A stretch of DNA of 63,776 nt, the filler included. It is 7 parts of 7 records of this genome, joined end to end, with 100 filler letters (N's around TTAATTAATTAA, not from the genome) between each part and the next. Parts side by side here need not be neighbours in the genome. Positions count along the whole stretch, not along the records: positions 18,017 to 33,050 come from SRR31156797_70393; 6 more parts are not named here. One strand, 5' to 3'. This document shows positions 20,263-29,123 of the stretch, one piece after another. The notes under the pieces are model-generated. The model saw only the letters and a list, made by a program, of their open reading frames with translations. It ran no database searches and was not told the origin of the DNA. The translations under genes were made by a program, and so were the position numbers. Position 1 is the first letter of the stretch. Every line of letters begins with the position of its first letter.

Positions 20263-22269
20263 TCAGTTAATGATATCATAGCGATGCATTCGGTTGTATA
20301 TGGTTTTACGAGAAACGCCTAGCTCCCTGGCAACTCTGCTTACATTCCCGTGATGCAGATCAAGCAGGTGAAGCAGTTGCTGTTTCTCCTTTTCTTGCTG
20401 CTGTTTGCGATGCTGATCAAGGTTCGATTGCTTTGGCGTCGTAATAACACTTTGCAACCCCAGCTTACTTTTATGGGTAATCTCGTTGGGTAATTGGTTA
20501 ACACCTACCACACCATTGATGGCAAGATTGACAGCCCGTTCCACCACATTTTGAAGTTCACGCACATTACCGGGCCACGGATAGGAGTACAGGTAGTGCA
20601 TAACATCGCTGTCTACAGTAAGCCTGGCCCCTCTATCGTGACAAAGTTTCGCAAGAAAATGTTCAAACAGCAGAGGGATATCTTCTTTTCGATCTCGCAA
20701 AGGAGGGATGGTAATTGACATGACATTCAGCCTGTAATACAGATCCTGGCGAAAAGTTCCATTACTGACTTTTTCCAAAAGGTTCTTATGGGTTGCACAG
20801 ATGAGCCTGACATCTACCGGAATCTCTTTGAGCCCCCCTATCCTGGTCAGACGCTTTTCCTGTATCACTCTCAACAAGACCGCCTGATGCTCGAGGGGCA
20901 TATCACCTATTTCATCCAAAAAAATGGTACCGCCTGAGGCCAGTTCAAACTTACCGGATTTACCACTTTTACGGGCACCGGTGAACGCCCCGTCTTCATA
21001 CCCAAAAAGCTCACTGCCCACCAGCTCCCTGGGGATGGCACCGCAGTTAAGAGGAATAAAGGGAGCAGCACTGCGACTGCTCTGATTGTGAATAGATTGG
21101 GCAAAAATCTCCTTGCCCGTACCCGATTCACCTTGCAGGAGGACATTAGATGCACTTTCAGCTGAAAGCTTAGCCAACTGCACAGCCTCCTTCATCTCGT
21201 GGCTCTCACCGATAATATCTTTGAACTGCAGAGACGCTAAATAACCGCTGTATCGGTGTACTAAACTTTGGACAGCCTTGACTGGACGTAATGTTACGAA
21301 ACTACCTGTAAAAGTTTCCAGCTCGTTGATAATTGGCTCAACGGAAGCAAGGCACCTGCAGTGGCCTTTTGCTGTTTCAAGTGTCAGCTCAATCTCCGAG
21401 CGTGAACACTGACAATTAAGGATAGTGCTGATTTCTTTCCCCCCTGTGCCCCCCGAGAGCAAACTATGCAGCGGTATCCCTGTCAGATCTGTACGTGTTT
21501 TGCAAAAAATCTTTTCTGCAGCGGGATTGAGTTCTACTATAGTCCCGTAGCAGTCGAGAATCATAACCGCGTCAGAGACCATATTAAAAAAATCTACCAG
21601 TTTTTTATTGGCTTGTGCCAGCTGATTATTCTTCTTAATAATTCGCAGCTGGGCAATAATCGCCTTTGCACCGGCAACCACCATCCCGAGAGTGTGAACA
21701 TGGGCACTTTCATAGGCACCTGAAATATTAAGTGTGCCTATTAAATTTCCAATGGGGTCAACTATTGGTGCAGCCGAACAGGTAATGCCGTGGTGTTTTT
21801 GACAAAAGTGTTCAGCCCCAGACACCTGTACAGGCTGCTGCTCCTCCAACGCAGTACCGATGGCATTGGTACCGGCATCTTTTTCATGCCAGCTTGCACC
21901 AACAAAAAAGTTACTGGTCAGCGGCGTTTTGGCGGCCTCCTTATCACCGAAAATCTCAAGAATATTCCCCTCATCATTTGTAAGCACTACAACAAACCCC
22001 GTTCCCCTGACAATACTGTACAAATCTGCCATAAACGGATGAGCAACGCGGATTAACTCTTCGCGTTCCAGAAGTGCCAATGCAAGCTTCTCACCATGGA
22101 TATAATCGCGCAGACCAATGTTTAGTGGATCTACCCCAGCATCCACGCACCGGTCCCACGACCTGAAAATCTGTGCTCTGACCAAAGGAAGATTACGGTC
22201 ACCAGAGCCAATAAAGGCCTGCCAATTTTCATAGAGTTTTTTTTCTGATCCTATAACCTGCACAGTCAT
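20263..22269 (-). CDS. sigma54-dependent activator, GAF-PAS-AAA+-Fis HTH (AcoR/DhaR-like)
   Basis: SWDRC, GTNAIG, GESGTGKE, GAFTGA, FLDEIG and WPGNVREL motifs, plus C-terminal HTH. Confidence 0.95.
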   Translation of the reverse strand: MTVQVIGSEKKLYENWQAFIGSGDRNLPLVRAQIFRSWDRCVDAGVDPLNIGLRDYIHGEKLALALLEREELIRVAHPFMADLYSIVRGTGFVVVLTNDEGNILEIFGDKEAAKTPLTSNFFVGASWHEKDAGTNAIGTALEEQQPVQVSGAEHFCQKHHGITCSAAPIVDPIGNLIGTLNISGAYESAHVHTLGMVVAGAKAIIAQLRIIKKNNQLAQANKKLVDFFNMVSDAVMILDCYGTIVELNPAAEKIFCKTRTDLTGIPLHSLLSGGTGGKEISTILNCQCSRSEIELTLETAKGHCRCLASVEPIINELETFTGSFVTLRPVKAVQSLVHRYSGYLASLQFKDIIGESHEMKEAVQLAKLSAESASNVLLQGESGTGKEIFAQSIHNQSSRSAAPFIPLNCGAIPRELVGSELFGYEDGAFTGARKSGKSGKFELASGGTIFLDEIGDMPLEHQAVLLRVIQEKRLTRIGGLKEIPVDVRLICATHKNLLEKVSNGTFRQDLYYRLNVMSITIPPLRDRKEDIPLLFEHFLAKLCHDRGARLTVDSDVMHYLYSYPWPGNVRELQNVVERAVNLAINGVVGVNQLPNEITHKSKLGLQSVITTPKQSNLDQHRKQQQEKEKQQLLHLLDLHHGNVSRVARELGVSRKTIYNRMHRYDIIN

Positions 22270-23069
22270 TACATGAATCTCTTTTCCACGAATGTATCAC
22301 AACAAAAAAAAGGAGATGTACAAAGTAGACTATTTTGTAACCGTACTAAAAAAAGATAGATGGAAGCAGAGGCTGCCCTGTTGACGCTGTTAAAATTCAT
22401 TACCCAAAAAAATCATTTTTTTTCCAATATAAGAACACAGTACCCGCCGCCCCAAAACTGAGCCACAATCAATGTTTTATCAGCAATTTACAACGCGAAA
22501 ACAAGAGCAGCATAACACCATATTAAAGCGCAATGCATCCTTTTCCTAACAATGACTTATCATGACATTTTCCGACACCATTTCGAAGTTCTGCCCCTTT
22601 GATCTCTTGCTCACTGCACATCCAGTATTTCTATCCAGTCATCTACCCGGATTTCTCATCAGTTCATGCGGCGTCAGATTCAAAGTTTGGCTATGAACAG
22701 ATAAGCGTAGACTCCAACAGTAGCCGATATTGATAGCCAACGTACTGAAGATACAGAGATTGTGTGTAATTTGACAAATTGCCACAGTGATCATGAGAAG
22801 TTCGGGCTAAAAGTTGGCAGTACTGTCCGTACACAACCGTTTTATATGTGTTTTATCGAGCAGAAGGTTGTTGCTTATCTGATAGGGATATGGCAGCGAA
22901 AAAATTCCGAGGCTGCAGCCATGCTAATGCGGTAAAAAGTGAAGTCAGCTTGAATGGCGGGAAAGAGTTATCCCTCTTCAAGGTAAGCGGCTTGAAGTTC
23001 AGCGAGTGCAAGAAGGGTATAGTCAGCAAAACCCTTCTCACACAACCTGACCAGGACATCCATCGTTGG

Positions 23070-23435
23070 TCAATTCCGCGGCATCATTGGATTACAATCC
23101 TTTATAGTTACCTTCCCTTGTAAAAGGTTCCCCTTCGAATATTCTGTAAAGTAACAGGAATTGGTGGCAGGGTCATAATTCTCAATCCACAGATTATCTT
23201 CTTTCCAGGTTGCCCCCATGTGCAGCTGCCCATTGGGGACGCTAATGGTCATAACCCCGCCATAGTGTTTGACAAACACCTGCTGCAACCGAAAATAGTA
23301 GGTTCCCCAAGCGACAACAAGAACAACCATGGCCAGGATAGCTCCCACCTTCCAATTTTTGGCAACCACTGTAAAACCATAAACAAGAGCAATACACACA
23401 GCAATAACTGCAAACCAATAGAGATAGGTAATCAT
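23070..23435 (-). CDS. hypothetical membrane protein (2 TM + soluble domain)
   Basis: GAGG RBS upstream. Two hydrophobic helices, then YGGVMTISVP-ATWKEDNLW. Confidence 0.8.
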   Translation of the reverse strand: MITYLYWFAVIAVCIALVYGFTVVAKNWKVGAILAMVVLVVAWGTYYFRLQQVFVKHYGGVMTISVPNGQLHMGATWKEDNLWIENYDPATNSCYFTEYSKGNLLQGKVTIKDCNPMMPRN

Positions 23436-23652
23436 TTAATACACCTCATTTTGTTCCTTTAAAAATTACCGGTGCCATGGACCGAAGTTTTCACGACGCC
23501 GCAAATTGTTTATACCTGCCACAACGGATAAACATTGTACAATATTGGCAATGTACTTTATCTTACCTGCTGCCTTACCTTATTTGCACCCATCACTGTA
23601 TACAGGGTGCCTTGAAAATCAAGGTGCCTGTACTCTACAAAAAGAGGAGCAC

Positions 23653-24852
23653 ATGTCTGCCACCTTTCGGTTCAATCGTATGGAATTCGCCGGATCCCTC
23701 GGCGACCTGGGAACAATCCTTCCTCTGGCCGTCGGCATGATCATGATCAACGGTATGCACCCCACCGGTGTTTTCCTCGGATTCGGACTTTTTTATATTG
23801 TCTCAGGGTTGTATTTCCGGGTCACCTGCCCTGCCGAACCGATGAAAGTCATCAGTTCCTATGCCTTGGCAACAGGAATATCTGTGGGCCAGATTCAAGC
23901 GTCGTGCCTATGGATTTTTTTGTTCCTGCTCATTCTCGGTTCAAGCGGCTTGATAACATCCATAGGAAAAATCATCCGTAAACCAGTGGTCAGGGGAGTA
24001 CAACTGGCAACCGGCCTTATGCTGGTCATGCAGGGTGTAAAACTGATGGCAGGCACGTCACCAATGCAGCTTATCCACCAAATGGCGGAACCAAACATGA
24101 CCGTACAGGCAATTGGACCGGTTCAATTGAGCTGGCTCATTGGCGGACTATTGGGACTGCTCGCACTTCTGCTCCTCGACAACAAACATCTGCCAGCTGC
24201 AATCATAGTAGTGGGGACTGGAATCGGAACTGGCCTGCTCTTTTCAGTGCCGGGTAACCTTGACCAAATCCAACCTGGTTTCTTTCTGCCCGACTTTTTG
24301 CCCTACGGTCTCCCAACCTTGGACGAGTTCACCATTGCGCTCATTGTACTGGTGCTCCCACAGCTACCGATGACAGTAGGCAATGCTGTTATTAGTAATG
24401 CCGATCTTGCTGGCCAATATTTTCCAGAAACCGGCAAACGTGTAACCTATCGGGGGCTTTGTTTAAGTATGGCCTTTGCTAATATCGGGAGCTTTTTAAT
24501 CGGTGGCATCCCCATGTGTCATGGTGCAGGGGGCCTTGCCTCACGATACAGGTTCGGAGCGCGAACAGCAGGATCAAACCTCATCATTGGAGGGTTATTC
24601 CTGGGACTAGTCTTTTTACTTGGACCCAATATAATTGGCATCATCAACCTAATCCCTTTTTCCGCCTTAGGCGTGCTGTTGATCTTTGCCGGTTTACAAC
24701 TGGCACTGACCCTCTTGGACCTTGAGTCCAGAAAAGAAATGGTTGTTCCGATCATGATCGTCGGCATTACCCTGGCGTCCAATCTGGCTGCAGGGTTTAT
24801 AGTCGGCATCCTCTTTGATACGTTGCTCCGCTGGGACAAAATCAATATCTAA
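23653..24852 (+). CDS. MOT1-like molybdate/sulfate transporter
   Basis: EFAGSLGDLGT, EPMK, PQLPMTVGNA and PMCHGAGGL-YRFGART motifs. GAGGAG RBS before ATG 23653. Confidence 0.9.
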   Translation: MSATFRFNRMEFAGSLGDLGTILPLAVGMIMINGMHPTGVFLGFGLFYIVSGLYFRVTCPAEPMKVISSYALATGISVGQIQASCLWIFLFLLILGSSGLITSIGKIIRKPVVRGVQLATGLMLVMQGVKLMAGTSPMQLIHQMAEPNMTVQAIGPVQLSWLIGGLLGLLALLLLDNKHLPAAIIVVGTGIGTGLLFSVPGNLDQIQPGFFLPDFLPYGLPTLDEFTIALIVLVLPQLPMTVGNAVISNADLAGQYFPETGKRVTYRGLCLSMAFANIGSFLIGGIPMCHGAGGLASRYRFGARTAGSNLIIGGLFLGLVFLLGPNIIGIINLIPFSALGVLLIFAGLQLALTLLDLESRKEMVVPIMIVGITLASNLAAGFIVGILFDTLLRWDKINI

Positions 24853-25238
24853 GCGGACGGTATCTGTTTAGGAGCTAAACATGAAATACAGTAGCTTAAA
24901 TTTGAGCTGACTGGTTGACAAAACAGGTTTCAAATTAACTCGACAACTACGTTCTGGGAGTCCTCCCTCTGAAAAACCATGAAGTATAATGACTCTCGGC
25001 CAAGCTGATTTGTTACGTATAACAGGAGAATTATTCGCCGGATAATACTGGCAATTATCAGATATTGCCAACATCGACCTATTACCAGGATGAGCATGAT
25101 ACTGCTGTTATACCTTTCTTGTGTCGAGAACATTCCTCCTGTACAACCTTACTAAGGTCGTATTATACACTTTTCATATAATTATTTGCACTTACCAACT
25201 TCGTCGCTACCACGATTATATTTACAACCAAAAAGCAG

Positions 25239-25742
25239 ATGATTAGCTACCTTTTAAGTAAAATTTCCAGAAACACTATCTATACTCAATTTACTTCTAA
25301 ACTTATTCAGCTACGGCTTGTTGAAAAAAAGGAAGTTCTGAGCGATGAACCTATCATTGCCATCAAAAAGAAAGGAAACAAAAGCATAGTGGCCGCTGTC
25401 GAAGAAGCATCAAAATCAGAACATAATAAAGATCCTGCAAATATAAAATTACATAATGGCTTTAAGCACCCTTGAACATTTGTAAATGATTTTGAAATTG
25501 CAGAAGCAACACTACGTTATTTTGTATGCAAATTAGTTCAAAAAAAAATGTTTGTTACACCGCTGGTAGTATTTCATCCAACAGAAAACATTGAAGGCGG
25601 TGTAACACAAATTGAGCGTAGAGGCCTGATGGAGATAGGTGCATCGATTGGTGCAAGAAAATCTTATATTTGGACAGGTCGAACTCTTACAGACAAAGAA
25701 CTGTTAAGTGAAACATTTCTAAAACAAACTGAAAATGAATAA
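25239..25742 (+). pseudogene. YjaA/MreB-like small actin-fold protein broken by one in-frame TGA (25473-25475)
   Basis: ORFs 25239-25475 and 25548-25742 share a frame: NGFKHP*TFVNDFEIAEATLRYF...HPTENIEGGVTQIERRGL. Confidence 0.75.
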
Positions 25743-25820
25743 CATAACAGATCATTACATCATCGATCCACTGCGTTTCGCTGGACTCGAGGAAGTTCAT
25801 CGGTTGACTAAACGTTTGGA
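25742..25820 (+). repeat. attC-like site 1 (degenerate)
   Basis: ACATAAC at the stop codon, internal CATCGATCCACTGCGTTTCGCTGGACTCG, ending AAAC-GTTTGGA (25814-25820). Confidence 0.6.
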
Positions 25821-25852
25821 TTAAGTTTTTATCATTCAATGGAGCTTAATAA

Positions 25853-26314
25853 ATGAATAACCCTAAACGAATACTTGAATCAGCTGGTATTATTTGCTTT
25901 GCACTAGCTCTGTGCCAAATAATTATAGGGTTTTCACCGTCTTGGAGTCTATATTTTGGTGCCCCAGAATCCCTTGTCCAAAACACGTTTTTATTAATTT
26001 TTGTGAGCTTTTTGGTTGCAGGTTTACTCACTTTATTTGCCCTTTATGCTTTTTCGGGGGCGGGTCGTATCCGGAAACTACCCTTCTTGAAACAAACTTT
26101 GATTGCAATAAGTGTAATTTTTATTCTTCGAGGTCTTTTAATTGTACCAAATATTCTTGTTATCATGGGTCAAATTGAAACATCCATACACGTTCCACCC
26201 CGCTTTGTCTTTTTCTCAATAACCTCGTTGTTAATTGGTGTAATCTTCATCTCCGGCCTTATTGGGAACTGGATTCTTTTTTCGACCGCAAACAAACAAC
26301 CTATTCAACAATAG
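25853..26314 (+). CDS. hypothetical 4-TM membrane protein (cassette 2)
   Basis: GGAG RBS and four hydrophobic segments. LYAFSGAG-IRKLP-LRG motif. Confidence 0.85.
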   Translation: MNNPKRILESAGIICFALALCQIIIGFSPSWSLYFGAPESLVQNTFLLIFVSFLVAGLLTLFALYAFSGAGRIRKLPFLKQTLIAISVIFILRGLLIVPNILVIMGQIETSIHVPPRFVFFSITSLLIGVIFISGLIGNWILFSTANKQPIQQ

Positions 26315-26326
26315 ACCAATAACGCC

Positions 26327-26437
26327 ACACAACTGGTCGTTTAAGAGGGACGGCAAAAGGTTCCTGCTCTTGTCAAAATCAAAGCTGAAAACAATGTGGG
26401 GGTAGATCTTTTGCCGCCCCTTAACTCAACGCTCTTG
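26327..26437 (+). repeat. attC site 2 (core GTT appears mutated to GCT)
   Basis: ACACAAC, left arm GTTTAAGAGGGACGGCAAAAG (26339-26359), right arm CTTTTGCCGCCCCTTAAC (26408-26425) pairing with unpaired extra bases, then TCAAC-GCT. Confidence 0.78.
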
Positions 26438-26498
26438 CCGACCACGTCGGCAAAAATCGCGTTTGTGCAATAGAGCAATAATATAACAGGAAATAATT

Positions 26499-27161
26499 AT
26501 GAACGAATTTGATATCTTTGTCAGTGTTGGAGGTACATCAACAGACACGCAAGAAGAATTTGTTCGTGCTGTTGAAGATCGACTGAGAAGCGAAGGACTT
26601 ATCCCTCATACAGTTGGCAGAAATACCTTTAGTGCAGATGCCCCTCTAGTAGCGGTTACTGAGCTTATGAAAAAGTGTTCTGGAACTGTCGTTATAGCTC
26701 TTGAGAGAATGTATTTTGAACAAGGGATAGATAAAAGGGGAGGAGATAATGAAAAACAGCTATCTCAGATAAAATTACCAACACCATGGAACCAAATAGA
26801 GGCTACAATGGCCTATGCTTATAAACACCCTCTAATGATAATAGTGGAGGAGGGAATCAAGAGTGAAGGTTTGCTGGAACCTGGCTATGATTGGTATGTT
26901 CAAAATGTAAAAGCAGAAATGGCATCACTTAATTCGTTAGAGTTTAACGGGGTTCTTTCAAGTTGGAAGTCAAAGGTTACAGAGTCGCACACCAATAAAA
27001 AAAATACAGCTAAAAACAAAAATGAAATAGACCCAACAGAGTTAACAATAGGCCAATTGGTGAGTGGACTAAAGCCTGCACAACTGTGGAGCTTTATCGT
27101 TTTTGGTGCTGGGCTTATAGGCGGTGCATTTGCGTTAGGTGCCAAACTAATTGGTAGCTAA
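26499..27161 (+). CDS. TIR/nucleoside-deoxyribosyltransferase-like domain + C-terminal TM helix (cassette 3)
   Basis: DIFVS beta-A, CSGTVVIA beta-C, TPWNQIE(101)A and PLMII. Hydrophobic tail LWSFIVFGAGLIGGAFALG. The CDS is solid; the fold is inferred. Confidence 0.7.
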   Translation: MNEFDIFVSVGGTSTDTQEEFVRAVEDRLRSEGLIPHTVGRNTFSADAPLVAVTELMKKCSGTVVIALERMYFEQGIDKRGGDNEKQLSQIKLPTPWNQIEATMAYAYKHPLMIIVEEGIKSEGLLEPGYDWYVQNVKAEMASLNSLEFNGVLSSWKSKVTESHTNKKNTAKNKNEIDPTELTIGQLVSGLKPAQLWSFIVFGAGLIGGAFALGAKLIGS

Positions 27162-27170
27162 ATATTTATC

Positions 27171-27225
27171 GCATAACATATCATAACACCCTCGCTGAAG
27201 CTCGCTGGTGAACTTATCGTTCCAG
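27171..27225 (+). repeat. attC-like site 3 (short, degenerate)
   Basis: GCATAAC 9 nt after the stop, CACC...GGTG stem, ending TATC-GTTCCAG. Confidence 0.5.
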
Positions 27226-27292
27226 GCGACTCCGTCGCCATGAATCGCGGCACTGACCAGACACCGTAATTAACTGTCAAAGAGAACCCGCA

Positions 27293-27871
27293 ATGAAACA
27301 GTATCTCGAAAATTCAGAATTCATCAATTGGGATAACCCTGAAGTTCTGGATGTAGCTCGTCGCCTAAAGGGCGACATGGGAACAGACGCGGAAATTTCC
27401 AAGGCATGTTTTGAATATGTTCGAGATTCAATCAAGCACAGCTGGGACTTTCAAATAGATATAATCACATGTAAAGCCTCAGATGTACTAAAGTTCAAAA
27501 CGGGCTACTGCTACTCTCAAAGTCATCTCTTGGCCGCACTATTGAGGGCAAATGGAATTGCAGCAGGGCTGTGCTATCAGCGTCTATCCCTTACTGGTGA
27601 TGGTGCTCCATATTGCTTACATGGCTTGAACGCTGTTTATTTGAAAAATTTCGGTTGGTATAGAATTGATCCAAGAGGCAATAAAGAGGGCGTTGAAGCA
27701 AAATTTACCCCACCAATAGAGCAGTTGGCATTTGGCACAAAAGGCCGTCTTGAAGCAGATATTCAAGGTATATGGCCAGAGCCATTACCGGTTATTGTGA
27801 AAACTCTACAAAATTACAATACCTGCATGGCTGTTTATGAGAACTTACCAGACATAGAAGTCTACAGTTAA
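27293..27871 (+). CDS. transglutaminase-like (Cys-His-Asp) family protein (cassette 4)
   Basis: GYCYSQSHLLAALLRANGI, HGLNAV and WYRIDPRG motifs. Confidence 0.9.
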   Translation: MKQYLENSEFINWDNPEVLDVARRLKGDMGTDAEISKACFEYVRDSIKHSWDFQIDIITCKASDVLKFKTGYCYSQSHLLAALLRANGIAAGLCYQRLSLTGDGAPYCLHGLNAVYLKNFGWYRIDPRGNKEGVEAKFTPPIEQLAFGTKGRLEADIQGIWPEPLPVIVKTLQNYNTCMAVYENLPDIEVYS

Positions 27872-27935
27872 CAAACATTTGCACCGGAAAAACGAACAGC
27901 GACGCTTCAGATGTGCTACAAAGCACGGGTTACTA
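27866..27935 (+). repeat. attC-like site 4 (left half only recognisable)
   Basis: AGTTAAC overlaps the TAA stop, followed by AAACATTTGCACCGGA. No complementary right arm seen. Confidence 0.4.
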
Positions 27936-28085
27936 TTGCCAATTCAAATATCTCATTGATGCATTAATCTGAAACTTTCACGTGCTTCCTGCGTACCTCC
28001 GAGTCAACCATTTTCATGATCGGCTGCAAAGCAAGGCCAAGACTTGCTTATTCGACCTGTCAGATCAAATCTGAGTTACTGCCCA

Positions 28086-28922
28086 TTAAAGGTCTTTAAG
28101 TTTATCCATCTCCTCGGGTCGCATGGCAAAACTGTGGACCTGCTCAGGAAAGGTGCCGTTTTCCACCTCATTCTTATACTGACCAATGGCTTCTATTATT
28201 GATTCTCGCATCTGGGTATACTGCTTTACAAATTTCGGAGTGAACCCGTCAAACAGACCGACCATGTCATGGGTGACCAGTACCTGTCCGTCACAGTCCA
28301 CCCCTGCGCCGATACCGATGGTCGGGATAGTAACAGAATCGGTAATTTTCTGCGCGATGGGTGCGGGGATTGCTTCCAGAACCAGGGAAAAGCAACCTGC
28401 ATCCTCCAGTGCCAGGGCATCATCCATTAACTGACGAGCAGCCTCAGCACTTTTTCCCTGCACCTTGAAGCCACCGAGCGAGGTCGCTGTCTGTGGGGTG
28501 AGACCAATATGCCCCATAACAGGAATGCCGCCATTAACAAGGGTTTCCACGGTATCAGACATGATTCGTCCGCCTTCCAGTTTAACCGCGTCAGCCCCTG
28601 CCTCTTTTAAGAAGCGAGTCGCATTTTTCACCGCACCAGGGATAGAACTGTTATAGGAACCAAAAGGCATATCAGCAACAACCAAAGCACGCTCCGTTCC
28701 ACGGACGACCGCACGTGTGTGATGCAGCATCTCCTCCATGGTAACGGAAACTGTATCCGTATGACCAAGCACCACCATGGCCAAGGAATCACCCACCAGA
28801 GCAATATCAATCCCTGCCTGATCTATCATCCTTGCCCAAGGGTAATCATACGCAGTGAGCATGGCTATTTTGGTTCCATCACCTTTACGTGCTTTTATAT
28901 CTGGTATTGTTAACTTTTTCAT
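28086..28922 (-). CDS. panB: 3-methyl-2-oxobutanoate hydroxymethyltransferase
   Basis: MLTAYD, LVGDSL, DMPFGSY, VKLEGG and GHIGLTPQ motifs. Confidence 0.97.
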   Translation of the reverse strand: MKKLTIPDIKARKGDGTKIAMLTAYDYPWARMIDQAGIDIALVGDSLAMVVLGHTDTVSVTMEEMLHHTRAVVRGTERALVVADMPFGSYNSSIPGAVKNATRFLKEAGADAVKLEGGRIMSDTVETLVNGGIPVMGHIGLTPQTATSLGGFKVQGKSAEAARQLMDDALALEDAGCFSLVLEAIPAPIAQKITDSVTIPTIGIGAGVDCDGQVLVTHDMVGLFDGFTPKFVKQYTQMRESIIEAIGQYKNEVENGTFPEQVHSFAMRPEEMDKLKDL

Positions 28923-28978
28923 ATCATGCCTCTGGTATTATTTAGTTTCTATCCAAAAATGATGATTTTGGTTTGAGA

Positions 28979-29097
28979 GCAGGTAAACGACAGGCTCTGA
29001 GGCATGTGCAAAATTTTGCCACAGGCACTTAACTACTACCGGAGTCTAACGATTACCTCCGAGGACAAAATTTTTCATATAACGCTGCTATCGGCCT
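28979..29097. repeat. REP/MITE-like imperfect palindrome between panE and panB
   Basis: ATGTGCAAAATTTTGCC (29004-29020) pairs imperfectly with GGACAAAATTTTTCATAT (29063-29080). Inner CGGAG/CTCCG stem. Confidence 0.5.
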
Positions 29098-29123
29098 AAA
29101 TACCATTTGTGGACGGGTACTAT

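Larger units (their letters stand above)
25239..27872 (+). mobile_element. integron gene-cassette array without integrase in the contig (CALIN-like), 4 cassettes
   Basis: Four co-oriented, AT-rich, unrelated ORFs, each followed closely by an AAC-initiated attC-like element. Confidence 0.72.

Noticed and set aside
24868-25238. Possible intI or attI remnant ahead of the cassettes
   Set aside because: The short minus-strand ORFs show no tyrosine-recombinase motifs, so the call cannot be supported.
25473-25475. Selenocysteine recoding of the in-frame TGA
   Set aside because: The position corresponds to an expected Arg, and no SECIS-like hairpin is evident downstream.
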